Shown one piece after another: positions 1-15,013 of a DNA stretch of 64,000 nucleotides. The first letter of the stretch is position 1. Each line of letters opens with the position of its first letter. Both the position numbers and the translations under genes were made by a program. Under the pieces are notes generated by a model, which was not told where the DNA came from, did not search any database, and saw nothing but the letters and a program-made list of their open reading frames with translations. The DNA is from the human T2T-CHM13v2.0 reference genome, Homo sapiens. The stretch lies in NCBI RefSeq assembly GCF_009914755.1, contig NC_060935.1. One strand, given 5' to 3'.

Positions 1-134
1 AGCAAGCAGGCCACTCGGTTCCACACAGGGTTTAGGAAGAAACAGGCTGCAGGGCAAGAGGCTGCAAAACAGGATGATTGCTCTTAAATTCCTCTAATCC
101 TAGGAGACCATTTCTGTCTGCTGATTCTCTCTTC

Positions 135-260
135 TTTTTTTTTTTTTTTTTTTTTTTTTGGAGACAGGGTCTGGGCTGGACTTGAGCTCCTGGGCTCAAG
201 CAATCCTCTCTCCTCGGCCTCTAGAGTAGCTGGGACTATAGGTACATGCCACCACACCCT
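135..260 (-). mobile_element. Alu monomer/fragment (FLAM or AluJ-like)
   Basis: Poly-T followed by gagacagggtct...gctcaagcaatcct...gtagctgggacta. Confidence 0.8.
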
Positions 261-1572
261 TCTCCCCAAACTTCCTACTGCTGTGGTCCTCACCCGCAGC
301 CAAAAGGCAGGTGTGACAGTGCGAAAGATTGGTCCTCCCTGGGTTCTAACTGGTGAATCACAAACTCGGTTTTCTTCACGGGGAGCTGGTCTAAGGTCAG
401 ATTCAGCCAAAAGGCAGGGGACTAACAGTGGCGTTTAGGGCATGTGCAGGCTGCAGACTTTGTGGCCAGGCCTCAAGCTGCTGTGTGGGGAGGCTCAGCG
501 CTGGGTTCAGCTCTGCCGCTCATCAGCTGTGTGGCCTTGGACCAGTCACTTTACCTCTCTGAGCCTCAGTTTTCTCACCTGTGAGATGATGACGATCTGG
601 CCTGGCAATGATGCCACAGAGTCAACAGAAGAGGAACAGGGGAAGGTCTGGGTGAGAGGTGGGTTGCAGACAGTCGGAGCCCTCCACGGATCTCCCCTCC
701 CCCGCCTGCCTTCCTGCCTAGGCTTGGCCAGATGGTGGGAGCTGGGAAATGCAACAGAGCTGCACGCTCCTGGTCTATTTTGAGAAGCCTCCTGTTTCCT
801 TTCCTGCCTGGGGCCATGTGGTTACTGCAGGTCTCTGCTTACAGGACAGGCTCAGAGGGCCTGACCTTGGCCTTCCTCTGCCCCTCACTCCCAGCCCTTC
901 CCTTCCTCGTGGTCTGGACCCCATAAATCCCCATATCCTGGTTCCCAGCCCAGGCACCATGGCCCCCACCCAGCAGGGGTGGAGATCAGGCTTTCACAGG
1001 GGATTTGGGGCAGAGGACTTTCCACTTCTCTGCACTATGGAGGAGCCAGTGAGCTGTCCCACCACATCCAGGTCCCTTTGCTGCAGAGCCTTGCTGTTGG
1101 TGGCTGCCAGCATCTCCAGCTTACTGCAGGGGTTGGGGGTGGAGTCTTCCACACTCTCCACACAGCTTCCTCCAGAGCCTCCTCAGGGTCCTGCAGAGAG
1201 AAAGGGCCACCCAGAACGCTGGCGGCCCCGCCAAGAGGTCAGGCAGCCCCTGGCTTGTGGCCTGCCTTGTCTGAGTTCCAGGTCAGCAGAGGAAGTGGTG
1301 GCCCCACATGCTGTCAGTCGCCATGCCAGAAACTTAGCAGCCACCCATGATTCCTCCCTCTCCCTTACTCCTCCCTTCCCAGAGCCCTGACCCCAGCATG
1401 CCTGGCTTTGAGTCCCACCTCTATCACTTACCAGATCTGTAACCTCTCACCTCTCTGTGCCTTAATTTACTTGCCTGTGAAGTGGAGATCAGGAGAGCAC
1501 CTACCTACTTCATTGGTTTGTGGGGAAGAGATAATAGTTAACACTGACAGAGTGCTTAGGACGTTGCCTGGC

Positions 1573-1930
1573 TATCTTAGTCCGTTCTGCTGCTGCAACA
1601 AAATACCTTAGACTGGGTAATTTATAAATCATAGTAATTTATGTCTCATTGTTCTGGAGGCTGGGAAGTCCAACATCAAGATACAAACAGATTTAGTGTC
1701 TGGTAAGGGCCTGTTTTCTGTGGGTCATAGATGGTGCCTTCTTACCGTTTCCTCGCGAGGTAGAAGGGAAGAATTCTCATCTCTTCAGCCCCTTCTGAGG
1801 GCTCTAATCCCATTCATGAAGTGGAACCCTCATGCCTTAATACCCCCTAAAAGCCCCTCCTCTTAATACTATCACATTGGTGATTAAGTTTCAACATATG
1901 AATTTGGGGAGATGCATTTAGACCATAGCT
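1573..1930 (-). mobile_element. MaLR solo LTR (MLT1A/MST-like) inserted in a MIR
   Basis: tatcttagtcc...gaccatagc termini; 5-bp TSD ctggc/ctggc; MIR-like sequence on both sides. Confidence 0.8.
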
Positions 1931-2116
1931 CTGGCACATAGCAACTGCTCAATTAATGCTAGGTCTTGTTATCAAATTGGTCAACACATTCCACCCACTC
2001 CAATTCTTTGGGATTGCTTCTGCCTCCTAGATTTCTGTCCTCCTTTAGCCGCTCCTGGTGCACTGCAGAATGCTTCTCACTGGTTTCGCCATCTCTTTCT
2101 TCCACCCCACTAAAGC

Positions 2117-2445
<329 letters not shown>

Positions 2446-2790
2446 TCAGAGAGATTCATTCATTCACTCAACAAATATTTATTGAGGGCTTACTACATGC
2501 CAGGCCCTGTTCTGAGCACTGGGATATGGCAGTGCCCTATGCAAAGTCTGAAGCTTGTATTCCAGTGGATTTAAATGCCATTCCTGCTACTGGGTGGACT
2601 TGGACAACTTCCTAATCTCTTGCAGCCTCCATTTTGTCATCTGCAAAATGAGATCACAGAAACCTGCCTCATGGGCACACAGCTGCACACACAAAGTGTA
2701 TGAAATATTTCCCAGGTGGTAGCTCTAGAATGAGAACAGTGAGGATGGTGTCATTCAATTCCTAAGTTTCCATGGTTCATGCTGGGCTCA

Positions 2791-3213
<423 letters not shown>

Positions 3214-3331
3214 TCATTGCTCCTCAGACAATTTGGTCCCTTCATATCTCTTAACTTTGCACACACAGTTCTCCTATCTGGGAACTTAAGCCCCCTCACT
3301 TTCTTTTCTTAACAATCCCCTCCCTCCCCAT

Positions 3332-3674
3332 CTTTTTTTTTCTTTCTTTTTTTCCTTTTTCTTTTCTTTCTTTCTTTCTTTCTTTTTTTTTTTTTTTGAG
3401 ACAGGGTCTCACTCTGTTGCCCAGGCTGGAGTGCAGAGGCGTGATCATGGCTCACTGCAGCCTTGACCTCCTGGGCCCAAGGGATCCTCCCACCTCAGCC
3501 TCCTGAGTAGTTGGAACTACAGGTTCACGCCACCATGCCTGGCTAATTTTTGTATTTTTTTTGTTGAGACCGGGTTTTGCATGTTGCCCAGGCTGGTCTC
3601 AAACTTCTGAGCTCAGGCGATCCCCGCCTCTCCTGAAGTGTTGGGATTACAGGCGTGAGCCACCGCGCCCGGCC
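3332..3674 (-). mobile_element. Alu (AluJ-like)
   Basis: T/CTTT tail; TSD ctcccccatctttt on both sides. Confidence 0.92.
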
Positions 3675-5955
3675 CTCCCCCATCTTTTCAAGGCAGCTGC
3701 ATCTACATGCTTTGCAGGATAGTCTTTCCAGCCTCTCACACAGGACAAATCCCTCTTAGATCTGGGCTCTTCCTGCCAGGTGTCCACGCTTCCAGTACAT
3801 ACCTTCCCATAGTATATCATTACTGTGTGGCCTCAGCTGCTGGGCAGGAACGGGTTGCATTTATCTTTGTGTTCCAGAGCCTAGCACTGGCTTGGCATAT
3901 TGTGGACACTCATTGGCATTTGATTAGAGATACCTCTAATGACCCACTTAGTTTACCCAAGTGAAAGGTATGATCAATGTTAGAGATTCATGCGCCACTG
4001 GAAGAGAAAGGCATTGGCAAGTGCCATCCCCACTACCAGCTGCAGCAGATATATGACCTGAGTGTCACTACATTCTAGTGTCCCGGAACGTATTCATTAG
4101 TATAGGTGCAGTAACAAATAGACCACGAAATGTATAATGGTTCAAACACAGTGGAAGTTTATTTCTCCCTCATGTGAGTCTGAAATGAAGCCTCCTGGTC
4201 TGCATGTGGCTTTCCTCCTCATAGTAATTTGGGGAGCCTAGCTCTCTCCGTCGTGTGGCTGCACCCTTATTCAGGTCCTGTTGTCATCCACATCCAGCTG
4301 GCAGAAAGCGAAAGTGAGAACGTGGAGGAGGCACAGCTGCTCTTAAAAGCCTTGGCTCTGAAATGGCACATGTTGCTTCTGTTTGTGTGCTAGAGCGGAA
4401 TCACAGTCTTCCAGCTATGTGTTTGGAGACTGCAGGGCAGACCCGCAGACCTCAGTACAGGGTGTCGGGCTGCTGGTCTGGCTGTCCCCACTCCCCAGCC
4501 CATGCTGGGCTGAAACAACCTGAGCAATTCATGGGGTATGGCCCCTCCTGGTCTATTAGGTAGACAGAAGGGCTGGCCATTGGTCAGGGCAGGGGCAGGG
4601 GTAACTCCGTGCATCCCATGGGGTCGGGGTGCTAGGTCAAGCCCTCTTCTCAGGGGCCTGAGAGCTCTCTCAGGGTTCTGGGACAGAGTTTTGTAGCCAC
4701 AGGATTCAGACTCTGGCAGGCTGTGGCTCCTCTTCCTTCTCCAGAAGTGGGCTGAGCTGTGTCCTGAGTAACATCCTGGCCGCTCGGATGGTTGCAGCTG
4801 GTTAGGGAAGAAATATCCAAGGCCCCGGCACCATCTAGGGAGCAGTGACTACGCCTACTTCCATGGCAAAGTGCTCTTAGCTGCAGTTTGAAAGGGATCT
4901 TTGAAAGCCTTTTCCCCAACACTTCCAGCCATTGGAAGCTGAAACCAGCCTCCTGGACGCCCCTTGCCGGAATGGGCAGCATCACTCAGCCAGAACAACG
5001 AGCATCCTGGATGGCTCCTCAGCTGCCTGCCCCCTTCTGTGCACACCCCACACCCAGGCTGAGAATCTCAGGAAACCTGGGCAGGAAGGATCCCTATACT
5101 AACCATCTGGTCCAGTGGTCCTCAGTGGGGATGTTTGGAACTCAGTCGGGGCATTTTGGATTGCTGCAGCGATTGGGCGGTGAACGGGCATTTAGTGGGC
5201 AGAAGCCAAGGATGCTACAGATTCTGGGACATGCAAGAAAAAGTATCCTGTATCTTGCAAAACCTGTGCCCAGATGCATATCCCTGTAGAGTGGTGCTTC
5301 TCAACTGGGCTCCATCCCAGAGTTCCTGATGCATCAGGTTTGCAGCGGGCAGATGAATGTGCATTTCTGACAGCTCCCAGGTGATTCTGATACCGTGGGA
5401 AACACACTTTGAAAACCACTGTTGTATGGAGATTTGTTTTTAAACACCCAAGCCTAGAATATAATTCTGTTTTACATTTAAAGACAGTATTTTTTGCATT
5501 TCTTTTATTCACTTAACTTTCTTGGATTACAACTACTGTATAGATCAGTCTCTTTGGTTTAGTCTGGAACTTTACCAGGAGTTGTTCACCATCTCAGGAA
5601 ATATAGTCCTCACTGATAGTGCCACTGGAATATCCAAGTTGCCAGTCTAACAGTGTGTGCAGTCTGCATGTGCAGCTGTTATGTTCATGGAAATTCTGCA
5701 AATGGAAGCCAGCCTCTGACTGCTTCATCAGGGTGTCAGTGTGGCCATACCATTATTCAATAGGGTTGGAATGTCCATGACTTAAGTATAAATTATTTTT
5801 CCTTTATTTGTTCTTTATATTTTAGTTAGAGCATTGTGTGTATATGTGTGTGTGTGTGTCTGTGTGTGTTGTGTGCATTTTGATTTAGTGGGTGAGTAGT
5901 TTCTTGTTTCTAAGAATTTCATTTTGGGAGGTAAAAGGGGTGTTACTAAATATGT

Positions 5956-6261
5956 ATTATTATTATTATTATTATTTTGAGACAGGGTCTCACTCTGTTG
6001 TTCAGGCTGAAGTGCAGTGGCATGATCACAGCTAACTGCAGCCTCAACTTCCCAGGCTCAAGCAATCCTCCCACCTCTACCTCCTGAGTAGCTGGGACTA
6101 CAATGCGCGTGCCACCATGCCTGGCTAATTTTTTTTTGTATTTGTAGAGATGAAGTTTCACCATGTTGCCCAGGCTGGTCTTAAACTCCTGAGCTCAAGG
6201 GATCACCTGCCTCGGCCTCGCAAAGTGCTGGGATTACAGGCGTGAGTCACCGCGCCCGGCC
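5956..6261 (-). mobile_element. Alu (AluJ-like) with (TAT)n tail
   Basis: TSD taaatatgtatt/taaatatttatt. Confidence 0.92.
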
Positions 6262-7164
6262 TAAATATTTATTATAAGAAGGGGACTTTGCATTCATCAG
6301 GGTTGAGACCACTGATTTAGGCCAACCTTTACACTCTATAGGGTGGAATATTTTCCCAGATGGGGAGAGAGACTTATGCAAGGTGAGTGGCATGTCCTGG
6401 CCAGGGTCCTGACTCCTGATATAACACTCTTCCTAGGGTGGGGAGAACTAACTTCTAAGAGCCTACTGCATGCTGGGCACGGTGCTGGGTATTTCAGGGG
6501 AGGGGGAAGGTGTCACTGGGGCTGTTTTGAGGCCTTATGAGGACTCTGTGCACAGGAAGGTTGGGTGACCCGCTCAATAGACACACAGCTGCCAAGTTGT
6601 GATGTTCAGATCCCAACCCAAGACTCTGACTCCACAGCCATTAAGGAGGCTGCTCTGCCTGCGTGTCGAAGGAGGACATCTTCAGTGACTGAAGTTTTCA
6701 CTGAGCAGTTGGCAGTCGACGCACATGGAGGACACACATGAGGCCTAGGAAGGCAGCCGTCAACAGAACTGTCTTATTGTCTGTCCTCATGGAATTGACT
6801 TTCCAGTGGAGAAGGCAAAGTGAGTGCAAATAGTTCATCGCAATGTAGATATTCCACCAAGGGGTAGAGGACAGAGAGAGTATGTCCTAGGGAACCTGGC
6901 CTGAGCTGGGCTTGAGGGCAGAAAGGCTAGGGCACAGACAGGGAGGGCAAATAGGAGTTGGTACATGAGGAGGTAGGAAGGAGAGAGCTCTGTACCCAAG
7001 TGGACAGTGGTAGGTGAGCTGGAAGGACCCCAGTGCATTTCAGAGGAAGGAGGCCAGCGAGTGCAGAGCCCAGAGAGCAAGAGGGAGAATAAGAAGGGGC
7101 CTTGCCAGACCACACAGGGCCAAATGGCTGTGGGAAGACTTGGCCTTTCCCCTAAAGAGCCATG

Positions 7165-7601
7165 TATTATGAGTTGAACCAGATCCCTCTGAAAGATATG
7201 GAAGTCCTCCCCTAACCCCAGAATCTGTGAATGCCACCTCGATTTGAAAAACATCTTTGCAGATGACCAACTTAAGATAAAGTCATTAGGGTGGGCCCTA
7301 ATCCAATATGACCTGTGTCCTTATAAAAAGGGGGTAATTTGGCACAGAGGCAGACACAGAGGGAAGACCATGTGTAGTGGCACAGGAAGAACGCTGTTTA
7401 CAAGCCAAGGAAGGTCTGAGGCTCCCAGAAGCCAGGGGAAAGGCCTGGGATAGTCCCCACTCACAGCCCTCAGAAGGGACCAACTCTGCTGACACCTTGA
7501 TCTCAGATTTCCAGCCGCTAGAACTGTGAGAGGATAAATTTCTGTTGTTCAAGCCCCCCACTGGTAGTACTTTGTTTTAGCAATCCCAGGAAATGAAAAC
7601 A
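7165..7601 (+). mobile_element. MaLR solo LTR (MLT1B/C-like)
   Basis: Contains gggtgggccctaatccaatatgac and agaactgtgagaggataaatttctgttg; TSD ccatg/ccata. Confidence 0.85.
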
Positions 7602-8134
7602 CCATAGATGGCTCTAACCTGGAGAATAATATGGTTCGATTGATGTCTTGAGACAGCTTTGCCAATGGGGTGTGGAACGTGGGTCAGAGGGGCGTCAGTG
7701 GCTGTGGGGAGACCTGTCGCAGGGAGATTGCCACGCTCTGTTAACAGCTGATGGCAGCTTGGTGAGGATGGGGCAGATGGAGATGGAGGAAAGTGGACAG
7801 ACATGGGAGATACTTAGAAGATGGAGTTTATAGGTCATGTCAAGGATGAACCCTAGGACAATGGCTTCTGCTGAGTAGGTGACAGTGCCCATGCCTGAGA
7901 TGGGGGTGACAGGACCAGGTTTTGGTAAAGACACAAGTGTACATCTGAATCTGAGGTGCTTTTAAGGCCTCCAGTGGGGCTGCAGGTTCTCTCTCCCAGA
8001 GGAAAGTTTGGACTGGAGACAAAGCTTGGAACCTCATTCCAGATGTTTCCAGAAGTCTCTTCCTTGGAGACTCAGCTGGGACAGCTTTGATGGGCCTTGG
8101 TGGGGAGACTCATGTTCCTCAAGGTTCTCAACCT

Positions 8135-8435
8135 TTTTTCCTTTTTTTTTTTTTTTTTGAGGCAAAGTCTCGCTCTGTCACCCAGGCTAAAGAGCAAGGG
8201 TGTACACTCGGCTCACTGCAACCTCCACCTCCTGGGTTCAAACGATTATTGTGCCTCAACCTCCCAAATAGCTGGGATTACAGGCGCCCACCTCCACTCC
8301 TGGCTAATTTTTTTATTTTTAGTAGAGACAGTTTCGCCATGTTGGCCAGGCTGGTCTCAAACTCCCGACCTCAGGTGATCCACCCGCCTCAGTCTCCCAA
8401 AGTATTGAGATTACAGGCATGAGCCACTCCTGGCC
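8135..8435 (-). mobile_element. Alu (AluS-like)
   Basis: TSD aggttctcaacctt/aggttcttaacctt. Confidence 0.92.
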
Positions 8436-10002
8436 AGGTTCTTAACCTTGATTTCACATTATACTCATGTGGGGAGTTAAAAAAAAAATCCCAATGTCCA
8501 GGGGGTTCCCCAGACCAATTAAATTAGAATCTCGGAGGCGTGGACCAACATGTAGCAGGTATTTTATGCTAAACAGAGGGCCCCGTCTTGCTGCTTCACC
8601 GTGAGATGCTCTGGCTGGACTGTTTCTTGAAAACCCCCTGTGTCAGTTTCTTTTGGGCTGTCGGTTCCAGAGAGGATTCTTCCGGCTTCCTCCTGCCTCG
8701 CGATCCTCTGGGGCTTCTGCACGTATATCAGGTTAATTCTTAGTTTTTCCCATGTGTTGGCTGAGGATTCAGCTTTCTGGGTCTGCTAAGTCAGCTGCAA
8801 CCTGTTTGGCAGCTTTCCAGTTGCGATATTTTCCATGCTGTTCTCTCCTCTCCTACTCTCCCCATTCTCGTCGTTTTATGCCTCAAAGAACATCCCTTAA
8901 CTATTGTTTCAGGGAGGTTTGAGGAGGGATCAAACGTAGATGTCTATGTTCCAGCTTCACCAGCCAAGAAATGTGTGTGAAACACCTTGAGATACAGGTT
9001 TCCTTTTGCCAATGCATCGTCAGGAAGGTTTTTGGCTGCAAGTATTGGAAACCCCAACCAATAGTGACAAAAACAAGTGTGGCTTTGTTTACCCCACATT
9101 AGAGGCTAGAATTAAGCAGCCAAAGATCTAGGTTAGGGGATTCAGCAGTGCTAGCAGCAGCAGCTCTGCGGTCCTCCTGGCCTTCTTCTATGGGAAGAGA
9201 ATGTCTCCCTCCTCCAGCTTCTATGGGGGAAATAGACAAGGGAGAAGAGGTAGGAAACAGGTGCTGGCCTAGCCACCCAGCGGTGTCTGTCTCACACATC
9301 AAATCACCATCAGTGTAGCATGGTGGTTTAAAAGCATGGTATTTTGGAGTTAGGCAACCTTGGTTCAAATCCCAGCTCTGCCACTTTCTGCGTATCTTTG
9401 GGCCAGTTTCTTAACCGTTTCGGTCTCAAATTCCCATTGGTGTAAAGGGGGTGACAATAGACTTCACTATTGTTGTGGAGATGGTTGAATGAGACAAGGT
9501 GTGTAAAGCGTTCAGCCAGGACAGTCACATAGTAAGGACGACATGAATGCTGATGCCCTTCAGTGCAGCACTGTTACGTGGAAATGCTTCCTGAACTCCT
9601 GGAGGGCGAGTGTGTGGGTGAAATTCAGCTGATGGGGCTTAGATTCTTACCTGAGCCCCAGATCTTTCTTCATCCCCTTTCTTTTCAGTGTGTGTTGGCT
9701 GATTTTTTTGTCTCTCCTCCCATGTCCCCATTTCATGAAAAAACCAGAGCCTTTGTGACTGGTTCCATAAGGAAAGCCCTGGATTAGGCATTCTCCACAG
9801 TGGGCACAGCGCTGAGGTCTTAGCCTTGAGGGGCCCTGGTCTCTTGGGTTCTGGTGGCCACTGGCTCAGCAGGCTCCAGGGCCAGGCACCAACCAGATCC
9901 CTGGCATCTCTGGGTTCAGTGGGTTTGGCAAAGTGAGAGTTAAAAATTTACTTAATGAATGTTTATTGACCCAGTTTGCCCTCTCACTTATTCATTCATT
10001 CA

Positions 10003-10086
10003 CTTCTTCATAGATTCATTCATTATTTATTCATTCATTGTCACCTTCTTCATAGATTCATTCATTATTTATTCATTCATTGTCAC
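10003..10086. repeat. Perfect 42-bp tandem duplication
   Basis: cttcttcatagattcattcattatttattcattcattgtcac twice (10003-10044, 10045-10086). Confidence 0.95.
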
Positions 10087-10092
10087 ATGGCA

Positions 10093-10300
10093 TTTTTTTT
10101 TTTTTGAGACAATGTCTCTCTCTGTTGCCCAGCCTAGAGTGTGGTGATGTGATCACGGCTCACTGCAGCCTCAAACCGCCAGGCTCAGGTGATCCTCCCA
10201 CCTCAGCCTCCCCAGTAGCTGAGACTACAGGCATGCACCATCACACCAGGCTAAATTTTTACATTTTTTCAGAGATGGGGTCTTACTTTGTTGCTCAGGT
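10093..10300 (-). mobile_element. 5'-truncated Alu (AluJ-like)
   Basis: Poly-T, right arm and part of left arm. Confidence 0.85.
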
Positions 10301-10578
10301 TACTTATGGCTTTTGAGTCATACAGACCTGAATTTAAATCCTGGCTTTACTATTAGCTGTGAAACCTCTGTATGTATGCTAAGTGGCTCTCTCTGTGCCT
10401 CAGTTTCCTCGTCTTTCCAATGAGGCTAACAGTTGCGAGGATGAAATGAGATATTGAATGTTAAGCGCTTAAGACACAATCCTGGCCCATAGCACATGCT
10501 CAATAATGAAAGCCAACATTTACCGAACCCTTACAGTGTGCCAAGCCCCGCTCTAGGCATATCACATGTATAAGGCCT

Positions 10579-11091
10579 TATATTAGTTGTTTATTACTGT
10601 GTAACAAATTACCACAAATTTCCAGGCTTAAAATGACACACCTCTCAACCTCTGGGTCAGGAATACAGGCACAGCTTAGCTGGGTCCTCTACTTCAGGAT
10701 CTCTCAAAAAGCTGCAGCCAACATGTCAGCTGGGGCTGGGATTTCATCTGAAGGCTGGACTAGGGCAGGATCTGCTCACTCTAGTGTTGGTGGAATTTAG
10801 TTCCTGAGGGTTTTTCGACTGGGGTCTCAGTTTCTTGCAGGCTGTTGACTGCAGGTGGTCCTCAGCTCCTTGTCACATGGGTTTCTCCACCATGACACTC
10901 CGGCAAAGCTAGCAAGGGTGAGTCTGCTACTGAGTAACCTAACTGCAGAAGTGATACGCCTTCTTTGCTGTATTCTGTCGGTTAGAAGCCAGCTACTATG
11001 TCTGGCCCACACTCAAGGGGAGAGGATTATACAAGAGAATGAATATCAGGGGGTGGGATAATCGGAGGCCAAGGTAAGGTTGGCAGCCACG
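10579..11091 (-). mobile_element. MaLR solo LTR (older MLT1 type) inserted in a MIR
   Basis: Starts tattagttgtttattactgtgtaacaaattaccacaaa, ends ...gcagccac; degraded TSD ggcct/ggtct. Confidence 0.72.
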
Positions 11092-11324
11092 GTCTTTCAA
11101 TCCCCTTCCTGATCCCATGTAGTAGGTATAATCTGCTCTCAGTATCTGTGGGTTCCACATCCACAGATCAAAAATATTCAGAAAAAAATAAATCATAAAG
11201 AGTAACAACACAACAATGAAAAATACAAATAAAAAACCAATACAGTATAATAATTATTTACATAGCATTTACATTGTATTAGGTGTTATAAGTAATCTAG
11301 AGATGACTTAAAGTATATGGAAGG

Positions 11325-11908
<584 letters not shown>

Positions 11909-13101
11909 AGTATATGGGAGGATGTGCATAGTGAATGCGCCCAGCCCCCTGTCTCTATTAAAAAAAAAAAAATGCCTGTTGCAGTGTGGCAGTGTGCTGA
12001 GATCATACCTCTGCACTCCAGCCTGTGTGATGGAGTGAGATTCTGCCTCAAAAAAGAAAGAAAGAAAGAAAGAAAGAAAATTGTAAAATAAATAAAGAAA
12101 CAAAGTATATGGGAGGATGTGCATAGTGTATATACAAATAGTATGCCATTTTATATCAGGGATGTGAGCATCAATGAATTTTGGTATCCACAGGGGATCC
12201 TGGAGCCAATCCCCCAGGTACTGAGAGACAACTATGCTATAAGCCCATTTCACAGATGAGGAGGCTGAGGCACCGATAAGTTAAGAAAATTGAGCTGGGA
12301 TTCAAACCCAGGCAAGGTGATTCTGGAGCTCATCCTCATAACTTTTACATTAAGCTGCCTCCTCGATAGATGATAGCCATTATTATTGTTATTCATGCAT
12401 TTGCTATGCCCCTGTTTTGTGCCAGGCCCTGTCCTAACTATGGGAGTCACAGAGATGCATAAAATAAATTCCCTCATCTCCGGAAGCCTGCAGTCTTGTG
12501 GGGAGGACAGAAACATAAACAGACATACTACCAAGCAAGGTGGAAACCGGGAACAATTTTTACCAGCGGAAAATGTGGTGAACAATACTCGTTATTTGTA
12601 CGCAAAATGAAATTGCAAGCAAGAGTCCTGCTTGCATTCAGGAGCAAAGCAAGCTGCCCATCTCTCGGGGGTGGCTTGTTTCCAGGTTTTTCCATCAGTC
12701 TTTTCTAGCCATTTCTGTTCAGTCTTTTGTTAGCAGACAACAGCAACAGGCATCCAAACTTTGAAAAAAAATGAGGGCAGAAGTATTACAATTATTGAAA
12801 TTGGGAAACGTTCTAAGATTCCGGGGTGAGACTGTGTATAGAGAAGATCGGGAGTCAGGTGCCTCCTCTGCAGCTGGCTTGTCGGGGGCAGAGTCTGGCC
12901 TCGGCGTGTCCATCTGTTAAATGGAGATTCATTCATGCATTCCTGCCTTGTGCAAGCAAAATACGAGATCCTGCCCACTCGCCTTCTGAGCTGTTATAAA
13001 TCTAAATGTGGGTGGACAGGAGGAATTACAGAAAAGGAGGCCAGCCTTTGCCTGGGGTTCATGGATGGGGTGGGAGCAGGGGGGAAGTGGAGGTAAAGGG
13101 G

Positions 13102-13102
<1 letters not shown>

Positions 13103-13156
<54 letters not shown>
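13103..13156. repeat. (TG)27 microsatellite
   Basis: Uninterrupted TG run. Confidence 0.97.
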
Positions 13157-13161
<5 letters not shown>

Positions 13162-14663
13162 GGTGGGGCTCCCCGACAGGCTCCTTCTTCCTCCCCAAAG
13201 TGGTTGAAGGGGCTGGAAGGCTCTGAGGGCTTCTTCTCTCTGCACTTCCTCACTGTCCTCACCCCGCTGCACCCTGGTGACAGGTCCTCTCAGAGCTAGC
13301 ACAGCTCATTCCTAGTATTAATGGCTCAGGGAGGGGGCCTTGGAGTCAGCCCACCAGGGAGAGGAAAATAGGTTTGGAATTACAGCCCTGGTTTTGTTGA
13401 GCTTTTTTTCATCTGTGGACAAGGAGGGGGGAAGTGTTTGCCCTTGCTCCTTTGTCCCTGCTCCTGAGCCAAGGTGAAACAGGTCCTCCTTCCTCCTGTG
13501 TTACGTGGCCCCAGACCACCGGAAAGGGCCATTCTGGTGGGGGACAGGAGAAGGGGTGGGTTTGAGAGCGCGCCTCCCCATGCTGCCCTGAGCTGTGGGC
13601 CTGGCCTCGAAGGATTCTCCCCTTCAGATGCCACCTCGCCCCACCCCGAGCTGGCCTACCTGCACCCGGGTGGGGTGAATCTGGACCCCCAGGAATGACC
13701 CACTCTTTGGAAGAAGTTTCTGGAAGAAGCCCCCCGCGTGGTTTCTAGGGAAAGGTTACGCTGGGAAATTCTCTCTGATGGTCGAGCACACCACTTTCCT
13801 CTGGCTTATGTTTTTAAGTCGTCTTGACACAGGATGGCCAAAGTCATCCCTGGCAACCAACTCAGGGTTTCACCACTCACTTCCCCAAGAGACCTGGCTT
13901 TGGGAAACTCCAGTGACCCTGGAGGCTGTAGCTGGGGAGATACCAGCTTACTAGGGTGGGAGGGGCACTTTGAGGCCCTAGTTGGCATCTGGAAAAGGGC
14001 AGTTTGTGAATCTGCCTTCTGTGGGTCTGAATGCTGTGTGATCTGAGGGGAGCTATTTAACCTCTCTGAGCCTCAGAATCCTTACCGGTAAAATGGGGAT
14101 AGTTACCCTAGCTAGGAGTGATTTTTTGTTGTGGAGGTTAAATGAGACAATAAGCAAAAGCCCCTGGCAAGGCACCGGGTAGGGGAGCTGCTCTGTTGAC
14201 GGGAATGGCTGCATGGCCTTGTCCAGGGCTGGAGGGGTCTGGATGCGGCATGGTGAGGGTGACTTTCTGGGAGTAGGGAGGGAGAAGACACCATCATGCA
14301 GGGTCACAAGGAGGCTGCAGCTGCATTCGTGATGTTTCATTGCTTAAGCGTGGTGAGGGGACATGAGTAAAGACCATTTGGTTCATCTGAAATATTTCAT
14401 AATGAACATTTACAAATGTAAAATGTTATTATATTTTGCAGAAAAGTAATTGCATTAGGAGAAGCTGGTTTTTAAAAAGAATGAGGAGAAAAATTATGTT
14501 AAAAATGATAACACAATGTTCCAAGTATAAGCCAAAGCAGGTCACGGAAGTCACCTCAGAGAGGACATGGTGTTTGCAGCCACTGCCAGATTCTTCTCTC
14601 TGAATTGTTTTTTATTGTGGCCAAATGCACATAACATAAAGTTTACTATCTTAACTATTTTTA

Positions 14664-15013
<350 letters not shown>

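Noticed and set aside
749-1390. 213-aa ORF and overlapping ORFs
   Set aside because: No recognisable domain or exon structure; long overlapping frames are expected in GC-rich DNA.
12929-13302. ORFs with poly-HT or poly-CV
   Set aside because: Artefacts of the (TG)n microsatellite; the same applies to ORFs at 25.5-26.0 kb and 35.6-35.9 kb.
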